Source: an uncultured Porphyrobacter sp. (lineage in GTDB: Bacteria > Pseudomonadota > Alphaproteobacteria > Sphingomonadales > Sphingomonadaceae). Taken from it: DNA of 64,000 nucleotides. The stretch lies in contig CAZJZO010000001.1 of the NCBI GenBank assembly GCA_964550495.1, positions 6,925-70,924 on the forward strand, read 5' to 3'. A program made the position numbers and the translations under genes. The notes beneath the pieces were generated by a model, which saw nothing but the letters and a program-made list of their open reading frames with translations, ran no database searches and was not told the origin of the DNA. Below, one piece after another: positions 38,259 to 48,120 of the stretch. Numbering within the stretch: the stretch's first letter is position 1; each line of letters opens with the position of its first letter.

Positions 38259-38993
38259 ATGGAAAACGCAGAGCGCGCGCAGCAAAGATTGAAGGATCGC
38301 GGCTATTCGCTGGCGGTCGATGGCCAGTTTGGCCCGATCAGCATGGCGACACTGATGAGCTTTGTCGGTCAGAAGTCCTCTGTCAGCTCGCTGCGGCGTG
38401 AGCTCGGCAAGGCGGCGTCTCGCGAATTTCGCAATGTAGCCATCACCACACCGCTCCGCCTCGCTCATGCGCTGGCGCAACAATCGGTAGAAACCGGCGG
38501 CTTCTCAACGCTGACCGAGAGCATGAACTACTCGGTTCGCGCGCTGTTGCTGCTGTTCTCACGCAGTAGGATCAGTCGAGCCGATGCCGAGAAGTTCGGA
38601 CGGAAGCCGGGCGAAAGAGCGCTTTCGATCGAGCGCCAGAGTGCGATCGCCAATATTCTCTATGGCGGATCGTTCGGGCGCGACCAGCTTGGCAACACCA
38701 TGCCGGGCGATGGCTGGCGATTCAGGGGGCGCGGGATCAAGCAAACCACCGGTCGACACAATTATGGGCAAGTCAAATCGATCACGGGCATGGACGTGAT
38801 TTCCCATCCGGAGCTGCTCGCGCAACCGGATGCCGGTGTGCGCGCCGGATGCATCTACTGGGACAGTCGCAATTGCAACGAGTTGGCTGACAAGGACGAC
38901 ATTCTCGCTCTGACAAAACGGATCAATGGCGGCACCAACGGCCTGGACGATCGCAAGGCGGCACTGGCGCGAGCGAAGGAAATCGTGCTTTAG
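38259..38993 (+). CDS. Glycoside hydrolase family 19 lysozyme/endolysin-like protein
   Basis: N-terminal PG-binding-like GYSLAVDGQFGP; VETGGF..ESMNYS, GDGWRFRGRGIKQTTGRHNY and TKRINGGTNGLDDR motifs. Start 38253 or 38259. Confidence 0.88.
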   Translation: MENAERAQQRLKDRGYSLAVDGQFGPISMATLMSFVGQKSSVSSLRRELGKAASREFRNVAITTPLRLAHALAQQSVETGGFSTLTESMNYSVRALLLLFSRSRISRADAEKFGRKPGERALSIERQSAIANILYGGSFGRDQLGNTMPGDGWRFRGRGIKQTTGRHNYGQVKSITGMDVISHPELLAQPDAGVRAGCIYWDSRNCNELADKDDILALTKRINGGTNGLDDRKAALARAKEIVL

Positions 38994-38999
38994 GGGCCA

Positions 39000-39392
39000 A
39001 TGACCACAAGACAGCGCACGACATCCGGATCCCCCTACGAAACGCAGTTCGGCTTTTGCCGGGCAGTGCGTGAAGGCAATCGAATCATTGTCGCCGGGAC
39101 CGGCCCGGTCGAGCCTGACGGATCGAGCACGCCGGGGGGCGCTGCCGAGCAAGCGGCGCGGTGCTGCGAATTGATCGTGGCAGCGATCGAAGCCCTTGGC
39201 GGGTCGGCCAGAGATGTTGTGCGCACTCGCATGCTGCTGACCGACTTCGACGATCAGGACGCGGTGGGCGCCGTCCATGCGCAGTATTTTGGCGAAGCAA
39301 GGCCTGCAGCAACGATGGCGGGTGTGGCCTGGTTGTGTCGCAGGGAATGGAAAGTCGAAATCGAGGCCGAAGCGTTGCTCAGTTCGGAATAG
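39000..39392 (+). CDS. RidA/YjgF family protein
   Basis: GFCRAVR..NRIIVAGT, DVVRTRM and KVEIEAEA motifs. Confidence 0.88.
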   Translation: MTTRQRTTSGSPYETQFGFCRAVREGNRIIVAGTGPVEPDGSSTPGGAAEQAARCCELIVAAIEALGGSARDVVRTRMLLTDFDDQDAVGAVHAQYFGEARPAATMAGVAWLCRREWKVEIEAEALLSSE

Positions 39393-40350
39393 CAAGCTCT
39401 TGCGCACCGCCCGTGACGGACCACGGCGTGCGTATCCCCGCCCGCTTGCCTCCAGCAATGATCCAGACCGTGTCGCCAACCCTTGCCGTTGCGAAACCGT
39501 GCCGCGGGCGCGAGACCAGCGTTTCCGAACGCCAACCCGCACCGGGGTCCGCGATGTCCAGTGATGCGTGCTCGGCTACAACTGTCCCGCGCTCAATGTC
39601 CTCACCCCCGAAGACATGAAGTCGACCGGCAAACACGGCGGCGCCGTGGCCTCCGAGCCGGAACGGTGCATCGGGCAGGGACTGCCATTGATCACTGTCG
39701 AAATCGTACATCTCGATGATTGTTGACGCCGATCCGAGGGTCTCGCTGCGCCCACCGGTCACAAACAGTTTTCCATCTTGCATTGCAACCGCGTGCGAGT
39801 GGCGCGCGGTTGGCATGGGAGCGCGTTCTTCCCAGTTGCCATCCCGCAAGTCGTAGCGCCAAAGCGAGCCGACCGCCCCGTTGCGCTCCTCGCCGCCGAC
39901 TAGCCAGACTGCCTGATCGTGAAACACCATCGCATGCTGGCCGACGGGTTTGGGCAATTCCGCGATCGAACGCCAGGACGCGTCGCCGGCATCGGGCGAG
40001 AACGCAAACAATTCGGAATCCTCATCGAGAACGAATGGCAGGCTGCGATATCCACCCGAGGCAAACACCCGCCCATCGCCAGCGGTCATGGCGACGTGAT
40101 GGAGAGCGCGCGGCAAATCGGGGCATGGTGCGAATGAGCGTTCGCCGGTGTCGAAAGCCGCGCAGCTCTTCAATGTGCGAAAGAACCCGATCCCGCCAGC
40201 GACATAGATGGTACCGTCGAGCTCTGCCGCATGCACCTCTGATCGCGGCTCGCCCATATCCCCCGGTGCCCGCAGCAACTCGGGGCCAGCAAACCAGGCC
40301 GCCAGAATGAGCGCTGAAACCGTCAACAGGATCGAAAATGCAATCCGCAT
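39379..40350 (-). CDS. Kelch-repeat beta-propeller protein
   Basis: Repeated H-x-x-x...(V/A)xGG and YD..W units; N-terminal hydrophobic anchor. Confidence 0.85.
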   Translation of the reverse strand: MRIAFSILLTVSALILAAWFAGPELLRAPGDMGEPRSEVHAAELDGTIYVAGGIGFFRTLKSCAAFDTGERSFAPCPDLPRALHHVAMTAGDGRVFASGGYRSLPFVLDEDSELFAFSPDAGDASWRSIAELPKPVGQHAMVFHDQAVWLVGGEERNGAVGSLWRYDLRDGNWEERAPMPTARHSHAVAMQDGKLFVTGGRSETLGSASTIIEMYDFDSDQWQSLPDAPFRLGGHGAAVFAGRLHVFGGEDIERGTVVAEHASLDIADPGAGWRSETLVSRPRHGFATARVGDTVWIIAGGKRAGIRTPWSVTGGAQELAIPN

Positions 40351-40401
40351 CGCTCAACTAGATGCGACCTGCCGCAGTCCGTCAAGTTGCCGTCTGGATG
40401 A

Positions 40402-40809
40402 TCAGGCCACAGCGCGCAGCCTGGGACCACGCAGTCTTTCAAGCACCAGTTTTTCTTCCATAACGTCGATCAGCTCATCGACATCGGCGATCCGGTCCAG
40501 TTCTTCTTTCGAAAGCAACACTCGCGGAGATGTGTCGAGGTCGCTGATCAGAATTGCAGGGAGTGCGAAAGAGTGTCCGGGATAGGCTTCCGCGAAATCG
40601 TCTCGGTGGTGAAACACCTTTTCCATCCGCAGGGCATTTAGGAAGTCTCGCCACTGCCGCCGCATCGAGACCGCGCCATAGGAAATCGCGCAAAGCGAGC
40701 ACGGATATGTTCCGGGGCGCAGCGCTTTATGAACCGCATGCGCCAAAGCATTGAAAATTCCACCATCGGCGTTGTAGACGATCAGAAGTCGCGTGTTCGG
40801 ATAGGTCAT
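40402..40809 (-). CDS. Conserved hypothetical protein
   Basis: LLIVYNADGG and YPCSLCAISYG (CxLC) motifs; ordinary codon usage. Confidence 0.7.
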   Translation of the reverse strand: MTYPNTRLLIVYNADGGIFNALAHAVHKALRPGTYPCSLCAISYGAVSMRRQWRDFLNALRMEKVFHHRDDFAEAYPGHSFALPAILISDLDTSPRVLLSKEELDRIADVDELIDVMEEKLVLERLRGPRLRAVA

Positions 40810-40924
40810 GTTGAAAGATACGTGCTACCGGCGCGAACGGTTACGTTGGGCGCATGCGGCCTAGCAAAATTTGCCATTCGCCCGCCCTTTTCTCGGCCAG
40901 CCAACGAGAGTAGAGGCGCGAGCC

Positions 40925-42070
40925 ATGACAGGACAATTTGCACTCACCGACGACCAGCTCGCGATCCAGGAAATGGCGCAGCGCTTCACCGCCGACAACA
41001 TCACTCCGCACGCCGCCGAGTGGGACGAAAAGCACATCTTCCCGATCGACACGATCAAGCAGACTGCCGAGCTCGGTTTTGGCGCGATCTACGTGTCGGA
41101 GGAATCGGGTGGGATCGGACTTGGGCGGTTGGAAGCGGCTCTGATCATGGAAGCGATGGCCTATGGCTGTCCCTCGACCAGCGCCTTCATCTCGATCCAC
41201 AACATGGCGGCGTGGATGATCGACCGGTTCGGGTCACAGACCGTGAAGGACAAGTACCTCCCTGACCTTGTTACGATGGACAAGATCGCGAGCTACTGCC
41301 TCACCGAACCATCCAGCGGTTCGGACGCAGCGGCGCTCAAGACCACGGCCAAGTTGGACGGGGATCATTATGTCCTCAACGGCTCCAAGCAGTTTATTTC
41401 CGGAGCGGGCTCGAACGAAGTCTATGTCGCCATGGTCCGTACCGGCGAGGACGGACCGAAAGGCATCACCTGCATGGTGATCGAGAAAGACAAGCCCGGC
41501 GTCAGCTTCGGCGCGAACGAGAAGAAGCTGGGCTGGCATTCGCAGCCGACAGCGCAACTGATCCTCGAGGATGTGCGTGTTCCGGTCGAAAATGTGGTCG
41601 GCGGCGAAGGCGAAGGTTTCCGCATTGCGATGATGGGGCTCGATGGCGGCCGCCTGAATATCGGCGCTTGCTCGCTTGGCGGGGCGCATCGCTGCCTAGA
41701 TGAAGCGATCAAGTACACCAAGGAGCGCAGCCAGTTCGGAAAGCCGGTCGCCGAGTTCCAGAACACCCAATTCACTCTCGCCGACATGGCAACCGACCTC
41801 GAGGCCGCCCGTGCCTTGCTCTACCTCGCTGCCGCCAAGGTGACCGAGAACGCGCCCGACAAGACGCGCTTCTCCGCGATGGCCAAGCGGCTCGCGACCG
41901 ACAACGGCTCGTCGATCGTCGACCGCGCGCTGCAATTGCATGGCGGCTATGGCTATCTGCAGGACTATCCGATCGAGCGCTTCTGGCGCGACTTGCGGGT
42001 GCACTCGATTCTGGAGGGCACCAACCAGATCATGCGGATGGTCGTCGGGCGGGATTTGCTGCGGCAGTGA
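40925..42070 (+). CDS. Acyl-CoA dehydrogenase (isobutyryl-CoA type)
   Basis: YCLTEPSSGSDAAAL, NGSKQFISG, GLDGGRLNI and ILEGTNQIMR motifs. Confidence 0.94.
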   Translation: MTGQFALTDDQLAIQEMAQRFTADNITPHAAEWDEKHIFPIDTIKQTAELGFGAIYVSEESGGIGLGRLEAALIMEAMAYGCPSTSAFISIHNMAAWMIDRFGSQTVKDKYLPDLVTMDKIASYCLTEPSSGSDAAALKTTAKLDGDHYVLNGSKQFISGAGSNEVYVAMVRTGEDGPKGITCMVIEKDKPGVSFGANEKKLGWHSQPTAQLILEDVRVPVENVVGGEGEGFRIAMMGLDGGRLNIGACSLGGAHRCLDEAIKYTKERSQFGKPVAEFQNTQFTLADMATDLEAARALLYLAAAKVTENAPDKTRFSAMAKRLATDNGSSIVDRALQLHGGYGYLQDYPIERFWRDLRVHSILEGTNQIMRMVVGRDLLRQ

Positions 42071-42507
42071 GGGTTCTCACCGTCATTGGTGCTTACTTGC
42101 TCGCCATTATCTCAGGCGTGTTGCTCTATGGAATTGCTGGCGTCATTTTCGAGGGTTCCGAACCGTCGGTCTTCTGGAAATTCCTTACTGTTTATCTTCC
42201 CGGATTCAGCGCACTGTTGGCCTTCAACTTCTGGCTCACGCCTTTCGCGGTCGCAGGACTTGCGGCCTTCGAGTTCTTTCAAGTGGATCGCTGGTGGCCT
42301 TACCCGATCGCCGGTGCAGCGTTGGGGCTCATCATCTGCGCGCAGGGATTGCCCTACTCATACGATGCGTCGTTCGAGAGTATGCTCCCGTATTATTCGT
42401 GCGTGATGGCAGGGTCCACATTCGCAGGCCTGGTCTATTGGTTCATTGCCTGGCGGATATGGCCACCCACTCGGCTCGATCACCAAGCACGGGAACTGGC
42501 CCAATGA
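42067..42507 (+). CDS. Hypothetical membrane protein
   Basis: About 4 TM segments; GTGA and ATGA overlaps with both neighbours. Confidence 0.6.
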   Translation: MRVLTVIGAYLLAIISGVLLYGIAGVIFEGSEPSVFWKFLTVYLPGFSALLAFNFWLTPFAVAGLAAFEFFQVDRWWPYPIAGAALGLIICAQGLPYSYDASFESMLPYYSCVMAGSTFAGLVYWFIAWRIWPPTRLDHQARELAQ

Positions 42508-42899
42508 GCGTCGAGAATCTGGCAACCGTGACTCTTGTCGTGCCTAGCTATGATGCTGGCATATCCTTCTACGTCGACCAACTGGGCTTCCACCTTGTCG
42601 AAGACACCGACTTGGGCGGCGGCAAGCGTTGGGTCGTGGTCGGCCCAGAGGACGGAGCCAACCTGTTGCTCGCCGAAGCGGCAAACGATTCCCAGTTGGC
42701 CGCGATCGGCAACCAGACTGGCGGACGTGTCGGTTTTTTCCTTGAAACCGATGATTTCGTCGACACTCACGCCCGCTTCGTCGCAGCCGGCGTCACGTTC
42801 CACGAAGAACCGCGCCATGAGCCCTACGGCACCGTTGCAGTGTTCAGCGACCCGTTCGGTAACCGCTGGGACTTGCTAGAAAGAAAAGATAAAGCCTGA
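42504..42899 (+). CDS. VOC/glyoxalase family protein
   Basis: FYVDQLGF, GGKRWVVV, GGRVGFFL and EPYGTVAVFSDPFGNRWDL motifs; C-terminal part of ORF 41940..42899. Confidence 0.88.
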   Translation: MSVENLATVTLVVPSYDAGISFYVDQLGFHLVEDTDLGGGKRWVVVGPEDGANLLLAEAANDSQLAAIGNQTGGRVGFFLETDDFVDTHARFVAAGVTFHEEPRHEPYGTVAVFSDPFGNRWDLLERKDKA

Positions 42900-43954
42900 T
42901 GACCGACGACGTCCTTATCCGGAAGAACGGCCCGATCGGGCACATTTCGCTGAACCGACCAAAGGCACTCCACGCTCTCACGCTCGACATGTGCCATGCG
43001 ATGACCGCCGCGCTCAGCGAATGGACGTCCGACGACGGCATCGAAGCAATCATCCTTGATCACCATGAAGGCCGGGGCTTCTGTGCAGGTGGCGACATCA
43101 ACCTGCTGCGCGATTCTGCACTGAATGATGGTGGCGCGTCCGGGCGCAAGTTCTTCCATGACGAGTATCAGTTGAACCACCAACTGTTCACCTATCCCAA
43201 GCCCGTCGTCGCCTTCATGGACGGGATCACAATGGGCGGCGGCGTCGGAATTTCGCAGCCGGCCAAGTTCCGGGTCGCCACCGAAAACACCCGCTTCGCC
43301 ATGCCCGAGACCGGGATCGGCCTGTTCCCCGATGTTGGTGGCGGATGGTACCTCTCGCGGCTCGGCGGACGGCTTGGCCAGTTCCTTGCACTCACCGGCG
43401 CGCGGCTCGACGGATCGGAATGCCTTTGGACGGGCCTCGCCACGCACTATGTGCCGAGTGAAATACTCGAAGACATCAAGGCGCGAATCGTTGAACGCCC
43501 CGGGCGAATTGCCGGAATCCTGTCTGAACCGGTTGGTACGCCGCCAGAGGCCCGGATCGAAGCCAACGCACTCAAGATTGCCAAACACTTCGCCAGCGAC
43601 CGCTTTGAGGACATTCTGGAGAGCCTAGAGACGGCGATCGACGAAGGCGATGAATGGGCGCAGAAGGAACGCGATACGCTCGGCACCAAGAGCCCGCAGA
43701 CTTGCAAGGTTGCCTTGCGCCAACTCGCCGCAAGCGCGGACCTTGACGATTTCGCCGACAATATGCGGATGGAGTACCGTATCGCCAGCAGGGTGCTGAT
43801 GCGGCCCGATTTCGCCGAAGGCGTGCGCGCCGTTATCGTCGACAAGACTGGCGATCCGAAATGGGATCCGGCGACACCCCCCGAAGTCAGCGACGAACTG
43901 ATCGACAGCATTTTTGCTCCTCTGCCGGCGGATGAGGAATGGGCGCCGCTGTGA
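42899..43954 (+). CDS. 3-hydroxyisobutyryl-CoA hydrolase-like crotonase
   Basis: LNRPKALHAL, FCAGGD, MDGITMGGGVG, AMPETGIGLFPDVG and DFAEGVRA..VDK motifs. Confidence 0.92.
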   Translation: MTDDVLIRKNGPIGHISLNRPKALHALTLDMCHAMTAALSEWTSDDGIEAIILDHHEGRGFCAGGDINLLRDSALNDGGASGRKFFHDEYQLNHQLFTYPKPVVAFMDGITMGGGVGISQPAKFRVATENTRFAMPETGIGLFPDVGGGWYLSRLGGRLGQFLALTGARLDGSECLWTGLATHYVPSEILEDIKARIVERPGRIAGILSEPVGTPPEARIEANALKIAKHFASDRFEDILESLETAIDEGDEWAQKERDTLGTKSPQTCKVALRQLAASADLDDFADNMRMEYRIASRVLMRPDFAEGVRAVIVDKTGDPKWDPATPPEVSDELIDSIFAPLPADEEWAPL

Positions 43955-43988
43955 TCACGCACTCGATTGCTGACAGAGGCCCGAGCAG

Positions 43989-44567
43989 ATGAGCTTTGCG
44001 CTCTTCGTGCTTGCAGCTGCGCAGTCGAGCGAACCGGCGCGAACGGTCAATGACGGGGAATTGGGGCCAGCCGACCGATTCACGACCCATGGCCCTGCGA
44101 CAATATGCCTGCGCGAACTGGTCGTCCGTCCCGCTGCCGGGCAGTCGGTTCAGCTCACTTATCTGGGCATCCATTTCGGTTCGGTGCAGCTCAACCTTGC
44201 CGATGATGAGCAGATCGAATTCACGCACGGCGACAACTTCCGCGACCATCGAGATCGTGGCCAGAGCCCCAGCTGGCGTCAAAAGCGCATGGGGTTTTAT
44301 CGAGTTGCCGATGAGGATGGCGCGGTCCGATACCAGATCGAAGGGCGCGGTATTCGAACCGAGTATGACGCACGACCACGCGTCATGGTGACGGGTGCAA
44401 AGCTTGCCGGGAACCGCTCTGACAAGAAGCAATTCGACATGGTGTCTTTTGAAGACCCGGACTCTGTCGAATGCGATGTCCGTTACGAATATGGGTGGGG
44501 CATGCTCCTGGGGGATACGCCGCTCGAGACCAAGAATGATGATGCTGGGGACAGCGAGGAGAATTGA
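43989..44567 (+). CDS. Hypothetical exported protein
   Basis: 192 aa with a short hydrophobic N-terminus; fills the gap between the two crotonases. Confidence 0.6.
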   Translation: MSFALFVLAAAQSSEPARTVNDGELGPADRFTTHGPATICLRELVVRPAAGQSVQLTYLGIHFGSVQLNLADDEQIEFTHGDNFRDHRDRGQSPSWRQKRMGFYRVADEDGAVRYQIEGRGIRTEYDARPRVMVTGAKLAGNRSDKKQFDMVSFEDPDSVECDVRYEYGWGMLLGDTPLETKNDDAGDSEEN

Positions 44568-44568
44568 A

Positions 44569-45366
44569 GTGAGCAGTTACGAGACCATCACGGTCGAAAC
44601 CGACGCGCAGAGCACCAAGGGTGTCACGCTGATAACGCTGAATCGGCCCAAGGCGCTGAACGCGCTCAACACGCAGGTCTTGGCCGAATTGGTCGAAGCC
44701 TTCGCCGCCTATCAGGCCGACGAAAGCCAGTTGTGCGCGATCCTGACCGGTTCGGGCGACAAGGCATTTGCCGCTGGCGCCGACATCAAGGAGATGCACG
44801 ACAAGGCGGCGGCGGATTTTTACCTCGACGATTTCTTTTCGCCTTGGACCAGCGAGATCGTGAAGAAGACACGCAAGCCCTGGATTTCGGCGGTGAATGG
44901 CTTTGCGCTGGGTGGCGGATGCGAGCTCGCGATGATGGCCGATTTCATCATCGCGTCGGACAATGCCAAATTCGGCCAGCCCGAGATCAAGCTCGGCGTT
45001 GCGCCGGGCATGGGCGGCTCGCAGCGGCTCACCCGCGCAATCGGCAAGTCGAAGTCGATGGAAATGTGCCTGACCGGCCGGATGATGGGCGCAGAGGAAG
45101 CGGAACGCAGCAATCTCGTCGCCAAAGTCGTGCCGCATGACGATCTGCTGGCCGAAACGCTCAAGACCGCCGCGACCATTGCCGCAATGCCGCCTATGGC
45201 GACCATCGCGAACAAGGAAATGGTCAACTCCGCTTTCGAAATGACGCTCGATCAGGGTTTGATCGTCGAACGCCGGATCTTTCAGATCCTGACCGCGAGC
45301 GAAGACAAGGCCGAAGGCATGGCGGCGTTCATCGAGAAGCGTGAGGGCCAGTGGAAGGGGAGGTGA
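44569..45366 (+). CDS. Enoyl-CoA hydratase
   Basis: [24 protein letters not shown] and FGQPEIKLG motifs; GTG start 44569. Confidence 0.92.
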   Translation: MSSYETITVETDAQSTKGVTLITLNRPKALNALNTQVLAELVEAFAAYQADESQLCAILTGSGDKAFAAGADIKEMHDKAAADFYLDDFFSPWTSEIVKKTRKPWISAVNGFALGGGCELAMMADFIIASDNAKFGQPEIKLGVAPGMGGSQRLTRAIGKSKSMEMCLTGRMMGAEEAERSNLVAKVVPHDDLLAETLKTAATIAAMPPMATIANKEMVNSAFEMTLDQGLIVERRIFQILTASEDKAEGMAAFIEKREGQWKGR

Positions 45367-45620
45367 TTTTCGCCCTCGGCCTTTCGTTCCTAGGGCTCTT
45401 CTTCTGCTGGGCCGCCTTCATGGGTTGGCGCTATCGCAATGAGGAAAGCATCAGTCTGCTTGAAGCGGGTATACTCAAGGCAACGGGCGAGGAGCCTTTG
45501 CCACTCACTCGAGTTGACCGGTGGCTTCAGAAGTTTCAACTGGTCATGATGATACTGTTCGGCCCGCCGATGGTTCTCCTCGGTGGATACGGAATAGTCA
45601 GCGAGATAGGTGTTCTATGA
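45363..45620 (+). CDS. Small two-TM hypothetical membrane protein
   Basis: Two hydrophobic segments; GTGA and ATGA overlaps with neighbours. Confidence 0.55.
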   Translation: MIFALGLSFLGLFFCWAAFMGWRYRNEESISLLEAGILKATGEEPLPLTRVDRWLQKFQLVMMILFGPPMVLLGGYGIVSEIGVL

Positions 45621-46486
45621 AAATCGCCTTTATCGGCCTTGGCAATATGGGCGGCGGGATGGCCGCGAACTTGGTGAAAGCGGGCCATGATGTGCGCGCT
45701 TTCGACCTTAGCGCCGCGGCTCTGGCAGCAGCCAGCGAAGCGGGGTGCGCGACGTTCGACAGCGCATCCGAAGCCTGCGCGGAAGCCGAAGCCGTAGTTT
45801 CCATGCTCCCAAACGGCGCGATCGTGAAGTCGGTCTATGAGAAAGACGTGATCGGAACAGCGCCAGCCGGAGCGGTGCTGCTCGATTGCTCGACCATCGA
45901 TGTCGCCACCGCCAAGGAGGTCATCTCAACCGCTAGCGCTGCCGGATATGAGATGGTCGATGCCCCGGTTTCGGGCGGCATTGCCGCAGCCAATGGCGGG
46001 ACGCTTACCTTTATGGTCGGCGGCACCGAAGCCGCGTTCGACCGGGCCAGTCCGATCCTCGAAGCTATGGGCAAGGCCGTGATCCATGCCGGTGATGCGG
46101 GAGCCGGACAAACGGCCAAGATCTGCAACAACATGCTGCTCGCCATCACCATGATCGGCACCGCCGAAGCCATGAAGATGGCGGAAAAGCTGGGGTTGGA
46201 CCCGCAGAAATTCTACGAGATCAGTTCGCAAAGCTCGGGCTACAACTGGTCGCTCAACGCCTACACTCCGCTGCCCGGGGTTGGCGTCGAGAGTCCGGCG
46301 GACAATGGCTATGCCGGCGGTTTTGCCACGCCCTTGATGGTCAAGGACTTGCGCCTCGCGATGGAAGCGGCAGAGACCGCCGATGCCGCCGTGCCGCTCG
46401 GTTCGCGCGCGGCGGCGCTGTACGAAGACTTCCTCGGCGCAGGCAACGAAGCGCTGGACTTCTCGGCGATCATCAAGACCTATTGA
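45617..46486 (+). CDS. mmsB: 3-hydroxyisobutyrate dehydrogenase
   Basis: FIGLGNMGGGM, DAPVSGG and KICNNM motifs. Confidence 0.94.
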   Translation: MKIAFIGLGNMGGGMAANLVKAGHDVRAFDLSAAALAAASEAGCATFDSASEACAEAEAVVSMLPNGAIVKSVYEKDVIGTAPAGAVLLDCSTIDVATAKEVISTASAAGYEMVDAPVSGGIAAANGGTLTFMVGGTEAAFDRASPILEAMGKAVIHAGDAGAGQTAKICNNMLLAITMIGTAEAMKMAEKLGLDPQKFYEISSQSSGYNWSLNAYTPLPGVGVESPADNGYAGGFATPLMVKDLRLAMEAAETADAAVPLGSRAAALYEDFLGAGNEALDFSAIIKTY

Positions 46487-47198
46487 TCTCTGAAATTACC
46501 CGTTCCAGCCACGCGCGCGGTGCTGAGCGCCTGCCAATATTGGCGACATATTCCTGACCACGCGCAACGCTGCGCAACTTGCCGCCCCTGATCCAGCGAT
46601 CGGGGCGGTCGTGATACGATAGCCCCCCGCGCTTGAGCCATTCCGGGCGTTGCCACAGGCTCGGTGGGCCTCCTGGCACAGTCAGCCTCAATGCGTCGCT
46701 TGCGCGGTTCGCTGCCCGCCCTTCCCCACGCCAGATGACATCGTTCGAGCTGTGCATTGCAAGCACGTGAGGATGATCGAGATCAAGCAAATTGTCGGGC
46801 ACGCCGGTGGCCAGCGCGATCATTTCCTCCACTCGCAGATAGCCGAAAATCCGATGGTGCCTCTCGCCGGTTACTTCCTCGGCGAACAGCCCGAAGAAAA
46901 CGAACACGTCGCCAATCCCAACCCCCTGCCCCTCGAGATGGGTCTGCGCAGCGCTATGCTGGCCGAAAACACAGGCTCCATCCTCGCAAAACATCGGATC
47001 GTGGTGGCAGAGGTCGTCCTGGCCAAGTTTTTCGCGGCTCGCCCTCGCGGCCAACTCGCCCAAACCAAGGTCGCCATAGGTGGTTTGCGAAGCCGTCCCC
47101 GCCGGGATGGGCAGGCTGACCGGTCGGCCATCGACAATCGGAGACGGACCACCCCCGGCGCTGCTGTCAAACCCCTTGCGAGAGAAGACGATCTTCAT
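46473..47198 (-). CDS. Nucleotide modification associated domain 3 (Nmad3)-like protein
   Basis: N-terminus MKIVFSRKGFDSSAGGGPSPIVDGRPVSLPIP; CHHDP, FGQHSAAQTHL and GDVFVFFGLF..HHRIFGYL motifs. Confidence 0.75.
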   Translation of the reverse strand: MKIVFSRKGFDSSAGGGPSPIVDGRPVSLPIPAGTASQTTYGDLGLGELAARASREKLGQDDLCHHDPMFCEDGACVFGQHSAAQTHLEGQGVGIGDVFVFFGLFAEEVTGERHHRIFGYLRVEEMIALATGVPDNLLDLDHPHVLAMHSSNDVIWRGEGRAANRASDALRLTVPGGPPSLWQRPEWLKRGGLSYHDRPDRWIRGGKLRSVARGQEYVANIGRRSAPRAWLERVISEINRS

Positions 47199-47288
47199 AT
47201 GTCTCCCTTGGCGTGCGACAAAATGTTGCACAAGGTGCATCTTTCCTTGCTTTGATCCCATCCTACATAGGCGCTAGAGGCGCGCGCT

Positions 47289-48101
47289 ATGGAACCGAAT
47301 ACAAAAGTCACAGCTCTGGTTATGGCCGGAAAACGTTCGGGCGTGCTCGATCCGTTGGCGGAGCGCGCAGGCGTTGCACAGAAATGCGTGGTGCCGGTCA
47401 ACGGCGTTGCGATGATCGAGCGCGTGGTCCGCCAGGTAGCCGCATGCGAACAGGTCGGAGCCATTCGGATTGTTGCGCATGAGCCTGACGAGATTGCCGC
47501 GCAGCCAACAATCGCCAAGCTGCTCGAAGAAGGTCGACTGACCTTTGCAGAGGGCAAGTTCAACATTGTCGACAGTGTGTTTTCCGGCGCGGAAGGCGCG
47601 CAATTCCCGCTGCTGATAACGACCGCCGACAATTGCCTGGTCACGCCTGAGGGCTACTCCGAGTTCATCGGCAAGTGCCTTGAAGCCGGCGCCGGCGGCG
47701 CGGCCGGACTGGCGCGCAAGGAGGACGTTCAGACGGCGGATCCCGAGGGCCAGAAGAAGTTCTACGAATTCAAGGACGGCGGATACTCGAATTGCAACAT
47801 GTACTGGCTCGGCAGCGAACAGGCATTGAGTGCGGCGGAGATCATGCGCGAAGGCGGCCAGTTCGTTAAGTTTCCACGCCGGATCATCAAGGCATTCGGG
47901 TTGATGAATCTGATCCGATTCCGGCTTGGTACTGGCTCAAAGGAGAAGCTGTTCGAACAGATCTCCAAGCGGTTCGGATTCAAACTTACGCCGGTTGTCC
48001 TGTCTGACGGGCATTATGCAATCGATGTCGATAACGAGCGCACCTATGCCGTGACCGAGAAGATCCTGAAACGTCGTGAGGGTGACGCCGCGAGCGCGTA
48101 G
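47289..48101 (+). CDS. MobA-like NTP transferase family protein
   Basis: ALVMAGKRSG..DPLA...KCVVPVNG, TTADN and DVD motifs. Confidence 0.8.
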   Translation: MEPNTKVTALVMAGKRSGVLDPLAERAGVAQKCVVPVNGVAMIERVVRQVAACEQVGAIRIVAHEPDEIAAQPTIAKLLEEGRLTFAEGKFNIVDSVFSGAEGAQFPLLITTADNCLVTPEGYSEFIGKCLEAGAGGAAGLARKEDVQTADPEGQKKFYEFKDGGYSNCNMYWLGSEQALSAAEIMREGGQFVKFPRRIIKAFGLMNLIRFRLGTGSKEKLFEQISKRFGFKLTPVVLSDGHYAIDVDNERTYAVTEKILKRREGDAASA

Positions 48102-48120
48102 CGCTACAGCCGGACGGGTC

